NCBI GenBank assembly: GCA_965231775.1
Contig: OZ246888.1
Span: forward strand, 2,074,947 to 2,138,946
Direction of reading: 5' to 3'
DNA: 64,000 nucleotides
DNA from: Candidatus Binatia bacterium
GTDB lineage: Bacteria; Desulfobacterota; Binatia; Bin18
Every line of letters begins with the position of its first letter. Within the stretch, counting starts at the first letter, position 1. Position numbers and translations under genes: made by a program. Shown in pieces: positions 8,831 to 18,480 of the stretch. The notes under the pieces were generated by a model. The model did not search any database, was not told the DNA's origin, and saw nothing but the letters and a program-made list of their open reading frames with translations.

Positions 8831-9877
8831 ATGAAAGTCGGCTTAGTTGGATTTGCTCGTTCGGGAAAAACCACTATCTTTAACGCTCTGACTGGTATGA
8901 GCGCCGAGGTCGGTAGCTTTGAAACCAAACGCGACGCCGCGATTGCGGTGGTCAAAGTTCCTGACCCCCGGGTCGATGCCCTGGCCGAGATCGTTCAGCC
9001 GGACCGGAAAAAATACGCGGAAGTGACGTTTCTTGACTTTCCGCCCTCGGCCGAACGCAAGGCCGCGCTTGATACGCGCTCGTTGGCTCAGATGCGCGAG
9101 GTCGAAGCCCTGACGCAAGTGGTGCGCGCCTTTGACGATCCCATGGCGACTGCTCCGGCCGATCCTCTCCGCGCCTTACGTGACTTTCAGTCAGAATTGA
9201 TCCTGGCTGATATGGGGGTGATTGAGAAACGCTTGGAACGGCTACGCAAGGAAAAGGGCAAGGAGCGCGAACGCGAGTTGCTGGAGAAATGCCAGGACGT
9301 ACTCGAAGCCGAGCGGCCGCTGCGGGACGAAGCGTTTCTGCCCGAAGAGGAGATGCTGCTGTCGGGCTTTGCCTTTCTGAGTCAAAAACCCCTGCTCATC
9401 GTCTATAACCGAGCAGAAGAAGAACTGCACGCCGCAGTGCCGCAGGAAGTCGCGTCCTATATTGCGGAACAGGGGCTCACCGCCGTGCCCATCTGTGGCA
9501 AGGTGGAGATGGAAATCGCCGAACTGGAAGAAGACGAACGGGGTCTTTTCCTGGCCGACCTCGGCGTGGAGGGGTCGGCCCGGGATCGGTTCATTCAGTA
9601 TGCCTATCGGATGCTGAACCTCATGAGCTTTTTCACCGCAGGACCGATGGAAGCCCGCGCCTGGACCATAGAGCGCGGCCTGCCGGCGCTCAAAGCCGCC
9701 AGCAAGATTCATTCGGATATTGAACGCGGCTTTATTCGCGCCGAAGTTATTGCCTATGAGGCGTATATCGAACACGGCGGGGAATCCGGCTGTCGGGACG
9801 CGGGAAAAATGCGGCTCGAAGGTAAGGAATACGTCATGCAGGACGGTGATGTGGTCCATTTCCGCTTTAAGGTGTAA
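8831..9877 (+). CDS. ychF: Redox-regulated ATPase YchF (Obg-family GTPase/ATPase).
   Basis: MKVGLVGFARSGKTTIFNALTG is the P-loop start. The C-terminal TGS-like tail reads GKEYVMQDGDVVHFRF. The track ORF begins earlier at 8678, overlapping the upstream gene. Confidence 0.9.
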   Translation: MKVGLVGFARSGKTTIFNALTGMSAEVGSFETKRDAAIAVVKVPDPRVDALAEIVQPDRKKYAEVTFLDFPPSAERKAALDTRSLAQMREVEALTQVVRAFDDPMATAPADPLRALRDFQSELILADMGVIEKRLERLRKEKGKERERELLEKCQDVLEAERPLRDEAFLPEEEMLLSGFAFLSQKPLLIVYNRAEEELHAAVPQEVASYIAEQGLTAVPICGKVEMEIAELEEDERGLFLADLGVEGSARDRFIQYAYRMLNLMSFFTAGPMEARAWTIERGLPALKAASKIHSDIERGFIRAEVIAYEAYIEHGGESGCRDAGKMRLEGKEYVMQDGDVVHFRFKV

Positions 9878-9919
9878 GACGGGGCTGGGCCGAAATGGGG
9901 CAGGCGGGAACACCGCGTC

Positions 9920-10348
9920 TCAGTCGGTGGAGAAAATATGGCCCCACTGACCCTGCGCCAGGTTGGTGACAAAGGCGATATTGCCCTCAAGAAAGTCGTA
10001 GTCGAGGAGCTGCGTCGGTTCCACCCAGGCGAAGGTCTCAAAAACATTATTGGCCAGAGCGCCGTGGTAGGCGGGAACATGGAAAAAGGTCAGCGCCACG
10101 CTCCGACCGTTCGGATAGGCATGACTGGTCCGGTGGAGTTCTTCTCCCAGGGTGGCCTGAATGCCGAGTTCTTCTTCCAGTTCACGCAGCAGGCAGGCTG
10201 CCTCGTCTTCGCCGGTTTTCACTTTGCCGCCGGGGAATTCCCATTTCAGGGCGTGCAGGCCATCTCTGCGCCGCTGACAGATAAGCAGCCGGCTGGAGCG
10301 GGTCACGAGACCGGCCGAGACGCGAATCGGCCGAATGGCATTGGCCAT
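9920..10348 (-). CDS. NUDIX hydrolase (MutT-like).
   Basis: GKVKTGEDEAACLLRELEEELG matches the Nudix box Gx5Ex7REUxEExGU. Confidence 0.85.
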   Translation of the reverse strand: MANAIRPIRVSAGLVTRSSRLLICQRRRDGLHALKWEFPGGKVKTGEDEAACLLRELEEELGIQATLGEELHRTSHAYPNGRSVALTFFHVPAYHGALANNVFETFAWVEPTQLLDYDFLEGNIAFVTNLAQGQWGHIFSTD

Positions 10349-10352
10349 TATC

Positions 10353-11186
10353 TCAGTTTAACTGGGCGACCGAGCGCTGGATAAGGGCGCGGATGTTTGC
10401 TGCATCTTCGGCCTTGGGTGCCAGTTGCAGGTATCTCTTGAAGTCGCGGACAGCGCCCTGCATGCGGCCCAAGCGTTGCTGAACGGCTCCGCGGTCGCGG
10501 ACCTCCATGGCAAAATCCGGCGCCAGCAAAAGAATCCGATCAATAATGCTCAGGGCACGTTCAAAATCGCCCTTTTGCAGATAGACGCCTTTTAAGTTGC
10601 GAAGCATACGGATGAGGATTTCTTTTTTCGTGGCCGGGCTGAGCAACTGCGGGATTTGGGCCATAAAAGGATTATTGTCCCCATACATGCTCTTGAGTTT
10701 TGCGGCGAGCTGCTCTTCGCTCACCGCCGCTCCACCAGCAAAGGGGTCAAGAACCTGCTCTTCATCCGGGCCGACATACTTGACCAGGAAATGTCCCGGA
10801 AATCCAACCCCAGCCAGGGGCAGGCCCAGGCGCCGGCCCACCTCCATATACAGAACGGACAAGGTGATGGGGATACCGGTCTTCCGTTCCAAGACTTCAT
10901 TCAGAAAGCTGTTACGCGGGTCATAATACTCGCCGGCATTGCCCCTCAGACCCTCCTCGAAAAAGAGATGGGTGTTGAGGGCCTGAATCCGGTCCTGGGG
11001 GGTAGGGGCCTCGGGCAGCTTGGCGCGCACCGCATCGGCGAGCTGGTCGAGACGCTTCAAGTAATGGGCAACATCGAGGTCTGGCTGTTCTTCCTGTGCA
11101 ATCAGGAGGGCGGCTTCGGCCAGGTCCAGTTCTGTTTCCGGTCCTGAGACCAGGGCGGTGAAACGTTCACGTGCCGGTGTAATCAT
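10353..11186 (-). CDS. SirB1/UPF0162-like transglutaminase-like protein with a TPR-like C-terminus.
   Basis: 277 aa with conserved GFPGHFLV... and a C-terminal TPR-like segment. Forms an operon with the NUDIX gene (5-nt gap). Confidence 0.7.
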   Translation of the reverse strand: MITPARERFTALVSGPETELDLAEAALLIAQEEQPDLDVAHYLKRLDQLADAVRAKLPEAPTPQDRIQALNTHLFFEEGLRGNAGEYYDPRNSFLNEVLERKTGIPITLSVLYMEVGRRLGLPLAGVGFPGHFLVKYVGPDEEQVLDPFAGGAAVSEEQLAAKLKSMYGDNNPFMAQIPQLLSPATKKEILIRMLRNLKGVYLQKGDFERALSIIDRILLLAPDFAMEVRDRGAVQQRLGRMQGAVRDFKRYLQLAPKAEDAANIRALIQRSVAQLN

Positions 11187-11329
11187 ATAAGCCTCTCCTC
11201 TAACCTTATACTGCTAGGAAAAGGGCAGGGGTGCAAGGGCGAGTCAGGGAAGGCCGGCCCATCATGTTTTGACAACTGGAGCCGGGTCTTCTATGTCTCA
11301 TGAGGCTGTGTGAGAAAGGAAGACCGACT

Positions 11330-12610
11330 ATGGCACTCGCCCGCATCCCGCGCTATTCGGCCCAGGGCCTCAGCCTGATTTCGTTTAAGACGCTCCCGTC
11401 ACCCACAAACGTTGAGGTTATTCCGTTTACCGCGGAAGACCGGGGTGAATCAAAAGGCGTGCTATACACCCGCGGCGGAGAGAAAACGGTGGTGTGCCTG
11501 ATGCACCCGCGGGCCGACATGAGTCGTCACTATGCCATTCCCTATCTGCTTGACGGCGGCTATGCCGCGTTTGGCCAGGAAGGCCAGTGGCCCGGCAACG
11601 ATATTGCCTGTATCCACGAAATGCTGCTGCTGGATGTCGCCGCCAGCCTGCGTTATCTCAGAGAAGAGCGGGGTTTTGAGCGGATCGTGCTGATCGGCAA
11701 TAGCGGCGGCGGTTCCTTATACTCCTTTTATCTGGCCCAAGCCGTGACCGCCCCGCCGGACCGGCTGACAACAACTCCGGCTGGCGACCCGTACGATCTG
11801 AATCGATTTCAACTGCCCGGCGCAGACGGGATGGTCTTTCTGGCGGCCCACCTTGGGGAAGGGAAATTTCTGGAAGGCGCAATCGATCCCTCTGTGACGG
11901 ACGAGGACGACCCGCTCTCCTGTGACCCCGGTCTGGATATGTATCAGCCGGCCAATGGATTCTATGAGCCGCCACAGTCCAGCTCGTATAGCGCCGAGTT
12001 CATCGCCCGCTACCGGGCCGCCCAGATACAGCGAGTGCAGCGGATTGACGCCATCGCCCGTCGCCATGTAGACGAGCAACGCTATTTTCAAGAGCAGATT
12101 CGACAGCCGGACTTTGACGACCAGTCGCTTGAGCGGAGAACGTTTGTCAGCCGGCGGGCTCTCGTCGGGCGCTATATGGAGATTCACCGTACCGAGGCGA
12201 ATCTGGCCTATACGGACCCGTCGATTCATCCCTCAGCGCGTGACTATGGCTCGCTCTGGTCGCCGCGGCCGGACCTGTTTAACTATCTTGAGGCCGGCTT
12301 TGCCAAATACCAGACGCCGCGCGCCTGGCTGAGCACCTGGTCGGGCCAGTCGTCGCGAGCGGCGGTGCTCGACAATATGGCCCACCTCAGCCTGCCGACC
12401 CTGGTCGTGAATCATACCGGAGATCATGCCATTTACCCCCAGGAGTCGGAGGCCGTCTATCAACACTCGCCGGCTGACGACAAACACCTGGCGCATGTGG
12501 ACGCCGATCACTTCGGGTTTCCGCTCGCGTCACAGCCCGACCGCGGCGGACGCGACGCGACGATGCAAGTGATTGTGGACTGGCTGCGCGCGCGCTTCCC
12601 CGGACGCTAG
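11330..12610 (+). CDS. Alpha/beta hydrolase family protein.
   Basis: GNSGGG nucleophile elbow (GxSxG). GAAAGGAAG precedes the ATG at 11330. The track ORF starts at 11300. Confidence 0.75.
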   Translation: MALARIPRYSAQGLSLISFKTLPSPTNVEVIPFTAEDRGESKGVLYTRGGEKTVVCLMHPRADMSRHYAIPYLLDGGYAAFGQEGQWPGNDIACIHEMLLLDVAASLRYLREERGFERIVLIGNSGGGSLYSFYLAQAVTAPPDRLTTTPAGDPYDLNRFQLPGADGMVFLAAHLGEGKFLEGAIDPSVTDEDDPLSCDPGLDMYQPANGFYEPPQSSSYSAEFIARYRAAQIQRVQRIDAIARRHVDEQRYFQEQIRQPDFDDQSLERRTFVSRRALVGRYMEIHRTEANLAYTDPSIHPSARDYGSLWSPRPDLFNYLEAGFAKYQTPRAWLSTWSGQSSRAAVLDNMAHLSLPTLVVNHTGDHAIYPQESEAVYQHSPADDKHLAHVDADHFGFPLASQPDRGGRDATMQVIVDWLRARFPGR

Positions 12611-12652
12611 GGAGACAGCCGACTGCGAATTCAAACGGCGCACGGCGGTTTC

Positions 12653-12682
12653 ATCTTGACACCCTTTTATCTCCCGGCGTAC
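12653..12682 (+). promoter_or_regulatory. Candidate sigma70-like promoter (TTGACA - 18 nt - TACAGT) upstream of the SnoaL-like gene.
   Basis: TTGACA at 12653-12658 and TACAGT at 12677-12682, about 38 nt upstream of the RBS AGGAGGA. Sequence only. Confidence 0.3.
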
Positions 12683-12719
12683 AGTTCTTCCGGTGAAGAA
12701 TATTTCACAGGAGGAAATC

Positions 12720-13118
12720 ATGAGTGCAGCGCAGAATAAGGAAATCATCAGCAATATGTTTGCCGAGCTCTCGAAAGGGAATGCGGAGGCCTTTTTGAGT
12801 ACCCTGGCGGATGATGTCAATTTCAGCCTGATCGGCTCGACCAAATTCTCGGGCGTGTTCAAGGGCAAAGCGGAGTTCGTTGAAAAAGTCCTGGCTCCCC
12901 TCGGGGCGCAGCTCGAAAACGGGCTGACCATGCACGTGGACAATCTGATTGCCGAAGGAAACAATGTCGTCATGCAGGGCCGCGGCGAGTCCATGACTAA
13001 GTCCGGTAAGGCGTATAACAACACCTATGCCCAGGTCTTCCGACTCGAAAACGGGAAGGTGCAGCAGGTCACGGAATACCTGGATACCGAACTGGTGAAC
13101 GCGGTCTTTGGAAAATGA
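12720..13118 (+). CDS. SnoaL-like / NTF2-fold (ketosteroid isomerase-like) protein.
   Basis: MSAAQNKEIISNMFAELSKGNAEAFLSTLADDVNFSL is a typical SnoaL-like N-terminus. RBS AGGAGGA lies at 12709-12715. Confidence 0.75.
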   Translation: MSAAQNKEIISNMFAELSKGNAEAFLSTLADDVNFSLIGSTKFSGVFKGKAEFVEKVLAPLGAQLENGLTMHVDNLIAEGNNVVMQGRGESMTKSGKAYNNTYAQVFRLENGKVQQVTEYLDTELVNAVFGK

Positions 13119-13180
13119 CGTACGGATGAGGGAAGCCCGTAGGTCGGATTAGCGTGGCGTAATCCGACACTCCCGTTGCT

Positions 13181-13639
13181 ATGACTCCTGACCGTACAAC
13201 GCTGATCGGCCGCGTCCTGTCTCCGGTTCGCTACACTATTCGTGAGGACGATATACACGACTATCTGCCGGTTGCGGGTGAGGAGCAGGCTGCCTTTCTG
13301 ACTGACGCGGCGGCCCAAACGGCGGGATATGCACGCCGGGTTATCCCCCCCTCGTTTGCCCCCTTTGTTGCGGTGCAGGCACTACTGCGCGCTTTCGATT
13401 GGGAGAGAGATTTTCTGTTCAACTACCGGACCGGAACCGCCATGTTCGGCGAGCAGGAACTGGAATATCTGCGGCCCCTGTATGTTGGGGAAACGCTGAC
13501 CGTTCGGTCCGAAGTTGCGGATGTGTACGAGAAGAAAGGGAAAAACAGGTTTGACGTGATCCAGGTCCATTTTACCGCGACGGACGACTCCGAGGTGGTC
13601 GCCTTTCAGGGAGCGCAGTCGTACATCCTGTTCAAATAG
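13181..13639 (+). CDS. MaoC-like dehydratase N-terminal hotdog subunit.
   Basis: 152 aa FAS1-like dehydratase hotdog fold. Sits immediately upstream of the MaoC gene, consistent with a heterodimeric hydratase. Confidence 0.7.
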   Translation: MTPDRTTLIGRVLSPVRYTIREDDIHDYLPVAGEEQAAFLTDAAAQTAGYARRVIPPSFAPFVAVQALLRAFDWERDFLFNYRTGTAMFGEQELEYLRPLYVGETLTVRSEVADVYEKKGKNRFDVIQVHFTATDDSEVVAFQGAQSYILFK

Positions 13640-13642
13640 CCA

Positions 13643-14083
13643 ATGGACACCCGACCGAAAATCTTTTTTGACGAGGCGTATGAGGGGATGACGCTCCCCC
13701 AGGCGACCTATGGTCCGATGGACCGTCTGTCCTATATCCCCGTAGCCATTATTCTGCGCGACACCAACCCGCTGCATCTTGACCGGGTCTACGCACAGGA
13801 ACGAGGGCTGCCCGACGTTGTACAGCAAGGCCCCCTCAACGAAACTTTTCTGTACCGCTTTCTGACCGATTGGCTGCATCATCCCTGGGACCTGCGCAAA
13901 ACCAGGCTGCGTTTTGCCGCTAATGTTTTTCCGGGTGATCTCGTGACCTGTGGTGGAGTGGTGAAGCGGGCATATCATGCCAATGACGAGCCCCGGGTCG
14001 ATTGTGAGATCTGGCAGCAGAATCAAAAAGGGGAGAAGATTCTGACTGGTGAGGCGACCTTTACCTTGCCGAAACGTGGGTAG
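13643..14083 (+). CDS. MaoC family (R)-specific enoyl-CoA hydratase/dehydratase.
   Basis: ILRDTNPLHLDRVYAQERGLP... with a hotdog fold. 3-nt spacing from the upstream gene. Confidence 0.8.
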   Translation: MDTRPKIFFDEAYEGMTLPQATYGPMDRLSYIPVAIILRDTNPLHLDRVYAQERGLPDVVQQGPLNETFLYRFLTDWLHHPWDLRKTRLRFAANVFPGDLVTCGGVVKRAYHANDEPRVDCEIWQQNQKGEKILTGEATFTLPKRG

Positions 14084-14137
14084 GGGAGTCTGTTGGGTCC
14101 ATTGGGTCTGTTGGGTTGATTGGGTCGGGGGGCGTTT

Positions 14138-14734
14138 ATGCTGGCTGAAAAACGACGGCTTCGCACGCTGTTCCGTCAGCAGCGACGGGCTCTTTCAACT
14201 CAGGACGTCAGAAAAAACAGTCAGCGGATTGTCGCCCGCTTGTGTGTGCAGGCGATGTTTCACCAGGCTCGGCAGGTTCTGCTGTACAGTCCCGATGAAA
14301 ATGAGGTGGACACCGAAGGGCTGTGGCAGGCAGCCCGGCGGCGAGGAATAGACGTCTACTATCCGAGAGTGACGGCAGATAAACAGGAGGTTGAGTTTGT
14401 CAGGCGTCACGATAACGATCATTTGATCCCGGGGGTGTTTAATATCCTGGTGCCACCTGGAGAAGACCTGCTCACGAGTGTCGCAACGACTGATCTGGTG
14501 CTGATCCCAGGCGTTGGTTTTGATCGGGCCGGACACCGACTTGGACGGGGCCGAGGCTATTATGACCGGGCGTTGAGAGACTTACTGGCCGGCGCGCTAC
14601 GGGTTGGTCTGGCCTATGACTACCAAATCGTCTCGCACATCCCTATTGATGAGCATGACGAGCGCGTCGACTATGTTGTCACGGAAAAACGGCTGATCGA
14701 ATGTGCCGAAACCGGAGTGGAAAAAGAGGCGTAG
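14138..14734 (+). CDS. 5-formyltetrahydrofolate cyclo-ligase.
   Basis: RLGRGRGYYDR motif. The likely start is the ATG at 14138; the track starts at 14120. Confidence 0.8.
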   Translation: MLAEKRRLRTLFRQQRRALSTQDVRKNSQRIVARLCVQAMFHQARQVLLYSPDENEVDTEGLWQAARRRGIDVYYPRVTADKQEVEFVRRHDNDHLIPGVFNILVPPGEDLLTSVATTDLVLIPGVGFDRAGHRLGRGRGYYDRALRDLLAGALRVGLAYDYQIVSHIPIDEHDERVDYVVTEKRLIECAETGVEKEA

Positions 14735-14850
14735 GCCGCACAGTGAAAGGCGGCAAAAACACAACGCGAGGAGGGTCGACGAATAGGGCCTGGTTGGATT
14801 TGCCCTTCTCGTGTCATTTCGGTTATAGTGGCCTGCGCTAGAGAACGCCA

Positions 14851-16470
14851 ATGCCAAAATATGATGTTCTTATTGTCGGTGGCGGGGTTGCGGGACTCCG
14901 GGCCGCCTTGGCGGCCAAGCAGGCTGGCGTACAGGTTGCCCTGCTCAGCAAGACTCATCCGCTACGCAGCCATTCTGCGACCTCGTCAGACGGATTGAAT
15001 GCAGCCTTTGGAAAAGACGATTCGTGGCAGCAGCACGCCCAGGATACGGTACGGGCCGGAGCGGGCCTGTGCGATCAAGCGGCGGTTGAGGAGATGTGCC
15101 GCGCCGCCTCGGACGACATTATTCAACTCGACCATATCGGGGTGCCGTTCAACCGGAACGCTGAGGGCAAACTCGACCGGTGGGGCCTCGGTGGGCATAC
15201 CCTCCCGCGCACGGCATTTTCTGCCGATATGACCGGTCATGCAGCACTCAACACGCTCCATGAGCAATGTATGCGGGAGGACATTCCCAGCTATGAAGAG
15301 TGGCTCGTGACCTCCCTCGTGGTTGAGGACGGTATCTGTCACGGGGTGCTCGCCCTCGAACTCGGAACGGCCACCCTCGCAGCGTTCAGTGCGTCCGCTG
15401 TCGTGCTGGCCACGGGGGGTGCCGGGCGTGTCTATACCCCGAGCACGGCCTCGCAGTCGTGCTGCGGTGACGGCATGAGTCTGGCCTATCGGGCCGGGCT
15501 GAGCCTCAGGGATATGGAAATGGTGCAATACCACCCCCTAGGCTTTTGCGACCGGGCTGCCTTTGCCTCGGAAGGTGCTCTGGGCGAGGGCGCTGTACTG
15601 TGCAACCTGGACGGACAGCCCATCCTTCAGACCGACGACCTGCCGCTCCGGGACGCGCTGTGTCGCTCGCTCGCTTCCGCTGAGGATGGCGCGGCACTCG
15701 ATTGTCGCTCGATTGGCAAAGAGCGTATTGGCGCCCGATTCCTCTATTTGGAGCGAGCGGCCAATGATATGGCTGGTATCAGTCTGGACAGCGCGCCGCT
15801 GCCTGTCATGCCGCGCATGCATCGTGTCCTGGGTGGCATCCAGACCGATATCAGCGGAGCAACGGCTGTTTCCGGTCTGTTTGCCGCCGGAGAGTGTGCC
15901 TCATCTGGAGTGCACGGGGCCAACGCCCTGGCCGGGAATGCGCTGACCGCCAGCGTTGTCTTTGGTCGGCAGGCCGGCAGCGCCGCTGCCGCCCATGTGT
16001 CGAACACCGCTCCCCAGACGATTGCCGACTCTACCCTGCAGGACGCCCGGCGAACGCTGGAGGCGATTTTTTCCCGGCCTGCGTCTGAGGATACGGTTGT
16101 CACGATTCAGCGCGCACTGGCGAGCGCTATGGCTGAGCACGTTGGACTCGTACGGGACGAGGCCGGGCTGCGGGAGGCCGCCCGCTGTGTCGCCGACTTA
16201 CAGACTCGCTACACTCAGGTTGGGCTCCGACATCACGGCAAGATGTATAACCATGAATTGCTCACTTTTTATGAGTTGGGCGCGCTGCTCGACGTTGCCG
16301 CAGCCATTGTGACTGCGGCCCAGGAACGACAGGAAAGCCGTGGCGTCCACCACCGGAGTGACTTTCCGGCAACAAACGATACGGAGTGGCAGCATCACTC
16401 GCTGGTGAGGCATGGACCCGATGGCCCACACCTGACCACCAGTCCGGTCAATGCCGGGCAGTCGGCGTGA
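14851..16470 (+). CDS. sdhA: Succinate dehydrogenase/fumarate reductase flavoprotein subunit.
   Basis: YDVLIVGGGVAGLRAAL FAD-binding N-terminus and RSHSATSSDGLNA. 539 aa. Confidence 0.9.
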   Translation: MPKYDVLIVGGGVAGLRAALAAKQAGVQVALLSKTHPLRSHSATSSDGLNAAFGKDDSWQQHAQDTVRAGAGLCDQAAVEEMCRAASDDIIQLDHIGVPFNRNAEGKLDRWGLGGHTLPRTAFSADMTGHAALNTLHEQCMREDIPSYEEWLVTSLVVEDGICHGVLALELGTATLAAFSASAVVLATGGAGRVYTPSTASQSCCGDGMSLAYRAGLSLRDMEMVQYHPLGFCDRAAFASEGALGEGAVLCNLDGQPILQTDDLPLRDALCRSLASAEDGAALDCRSIGKERIGARFLYLERAANDMAGISLDSAPLPVMPRMHRVLGGIQTDISGATAVSGLFAAGECASSGVHGANALAGNALTASVVFGRQAGSAAAAHVSNTAPQTIADSTLQDARRTLEAIFSRPASEDTVVTIQRALASAMAEHVGLVRDEAGLREAARCVADLQTRYTQVGLRHHGKMYNHELLTFYELGALLDVAAAIVTAAQERQESRGVHHRSDFPATNDTEWQHHSLVRHGPDGPHLTTSPVNAGQSA

Positions 16471-16524
16471 CGGGAGTCTCTTACTGAAGGTAGAGAATCT
16501 GAAGGCAGAGAATGGAGGGGACCT

Positions 16525-17493
16525 ATGGAAACAACATTTAAGGTCTACCGTTTTGACCCTGAGAATGGCGGCAAACCGGATTTTGCGACCTACCAGGTAG
16601 ACCTGCCGGATTCGGCGACCGTGATGGATGGACTCAGGCATATTCGGGACGAGCAGGACCCCAGCCTGGCGTTTCGGGCCTCGTGTGAGCGGGGGTCGTG
16701 TGGGGACTGCGCGCTCCGTATAAACAAAAAGGGCCGGCTGGGTTGTACCCTGAAAATCGCCAAAACGGTCAAGAATGGCGTAGTGACCGTCGAACCTATC
16801 CGTCATATCCCGGTGCTGAAAGACCTGGTGTATGACCTTGAGGACTTCCTGTGGAAGAAAATCAAGGCGGTCCAACCCTGGATTACGCCCCGCGAGCCGC
16901 AGCCCGAGGGCGAATACGTGGTCGCCGAGGAGCAACTGGCCGAAGTCCGCAAGGCGATGAGCTGTGTTATGTGCGGCCTGTGTGACGAGGGCTGTGCGGT
17001 GATTAAAATTGACAAGGACTTTGTCGGTCCGGCCGCCCTCACCAAGGCGTATCGCGCCGTTTTCGACCCGCGCGACGGGCAGCACGACGAGCGCTTAACG
17101 CTGGTCAGCGAGCCTGGTGGTGTCTGGGACTGTACGCACTGTTTTGAGGCCAATGGGCATTGCCCCCTGGGCCTGGAACCGACCGACCGACTCTTCGAGG
17201 TCCGCGACGAGGCGATTCGACAGGGCATTCGCTCCGGCACCAGGAATCCCAAGGTGCAGCGGCATTACGACAGCTTCCTGAATTCGGTCAAGCGCAGCGG
17301 CTGGCTGGATGAAGGCCGGCTGGCGATCGAGAGTGAGGGCCTGACCAATATTGCCGGCTTGGCGAAACTCCTGCCCACGGTGCTCCGGGCCATTCCCAAG
17401 GGCAAGGCGCCGCTGCCGTATTTCCATCACAAGCGGCCGGGCGCCGAGGCGATTCGACGCATCATAGACAAAGCCCAGAGGAGCGAAGTATGA
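16525..17493 (+). CDS. sdhB: Succinate dehydrogenase/fumarate reductase iron-sulfur subunit.
   Basis: CERGSCGDCA (2Fe-2S) and CVMCGLCDEGC / CTHCFEANGHCP (4Fe-4S/3Fe-4S) cysteine motifs. Confidence 0.85.
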   Translation: METTFKVYRFDPENGGKPDFATYQVDLPDSATVMDGLRHIRDEQDPSLAFRASCERGSCGDCALRINKKGRLGCTLKIAKTVKNGVVTVEPIRHIPVLKDLVYDLEDFLWKKIKAVQPWITPREPQPEGEYVVAEEQLAEVRKAMSCVMCGLCDEGCAVIKIDKDFVGPAALTKAYRAVFDPRDGQHDERLTLVSEPGGVWDCTHCFEANGHCPLGLEPTDRLFEVRDEAIRQGIRSGTRNPKVQRHYDSFLNSVKRSGWLDEGRLAIESEGLTNIAGLAKLLPTVLRAIPKGKAPLPYFHHKRPGAEAIRRIIDKAQRSEV

Positions 17494-18377
17494 AGTACGC
17501 ATTTTATCCAGGCTGTGTGTCGCGTGGGGCCTGTCCTGAACTCTATCCCGCTTCGGTCAAGGTGGCGGAAACACTCGGAATCGAAATCGAGGAAGTGACC
17601 GATGTCGGCTGTACCGGTGCCGGGGTGTTGAGCCGTGATCTGTCCGACCCCATCAACGCACGCACCCTGGCCAAGGTGGAAGCCATGGGGCTTTCCTCCC
17701 TCATGACGATCTGCAGTACCTGTCAGGGGGTCTTTACCCAGGCCAACCACCGCTTCAAAAACGAGCCTGAGTATCGTCAGAAGATCAATACCGAATACCT
17801 GGCCGAGGAGGGGCTGGAATACAAGGGCACGGTCGAAGTCAAGCACCTCTTATGGGTGCTGATGGAAGACTATGGGATAGAAAACCTCAAGCCGTATATC
17901 AAGCGGAAACTGACCGGGCTCAAGGTCGCGCCGTTCTACGGCTGCTACATCCGTCGTCCGACCTCCATCATTGCGCCCAAAGGCTTGTCGGGGCGGAAAA
18001 CCTATTTAGAGGACCTGATCGAGGTTCTGGGCGCCGAGTCCGTGGATTCGAGCGGGAAGTCGAAATGCTGCGGCTTTCCGATTCTGACGGTCAACGAAGA
18101 AAATTCAATGCGGATGGTGAGCGATCATACCGGTGACGCCAAGACGAAGGGGGCCGACTGCATGGTGACGCCCTGTCCCCTGTGTCATCTGAATCTTGAC
18201 GCCAACCAGCCGACGGCTGAGAAACAGGCGGGGACCCAGATTGGGATGCCGATTATCCACCTGCCTCAGCTCCTAGGCCTGGCCTTTGGCTTCGATGAGA
18301 AGGAAATGGAACTCCAGCGGCATATCGTTTCGACCGAAGCCGTTTCGCGTCAACTGGAGGTCAGCATCCGATCGTAG
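17490..18377 (+). CDS. HdrB-like CCG-domain subunit of a type E succinate dehydrogenase/fumarate reductase (SdhC of SdhABC type E).
   Basis: Two CCG-type cysteine motifs (CSTCQG..., CCGFPIL, TPCPLCHLN). Start overlaps the sdhB stop (ATGA). Confidence 0.8.
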   Translation: MKYAFYPGCVSRGACPELYPASVKVAETLGIEIEEVTDVGCTGAGVLSRDLSDPINARTLAKVEAMGLSSLMTICSTCQGVFTQANHRFKNEPEYRQKINTEYLAEEGLEYKGTVEVKHLLWVLMEDYGIENLKPYIKRKLTGLKVAPFYGCYIRRPTSIIAPKGLSGRKTYLEDLIEVLGAESVDSSGKSKCCGFPILTVNEENSMRMVSDHTGDAKTKGADCMVTPCPLCHLNLDANQPTAEKQAGTQIGMPIIHLPQLLGLAFGFDEKEMELQRHIVSTEAVSRQLEVSIRS

Positions 18378-18480
18378 TGCGCGCCCGTCTGGCTTGGTCG
18401 TGAGGGGCCGGCAGTGCTGCCCTCTTTCACCGGGACTCTGGGGCGTCGATCACCCTTAGATTTTTTTACCAGTTGCGTTT

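Noticed and set aside
13181-14083. The two MaoC-like genes are in the same frame, separated by TAG plus one codon. I considered stop-codon read-through or recoding.
   Set aside because: The stop is TAG, not TGA. There is no downstream hairpin. The second gene has its own ATG three nt later. Two-subunit MaoC hydratases are normally separate adjacent genes.
14084-14125. Short TTGGGTC-like repeats (gtctgttgggtccattgggtctgttgggttgattgggtc) lie between the MaoC and MTHFS genes. I considered a CRISPR, REP or binding-site array.
   Set aside because: Too short and irregular for CRISPR (no spacers). Possibly a minor intergenic repeat or a set of regulator half-sites, but there is no supporting structure.
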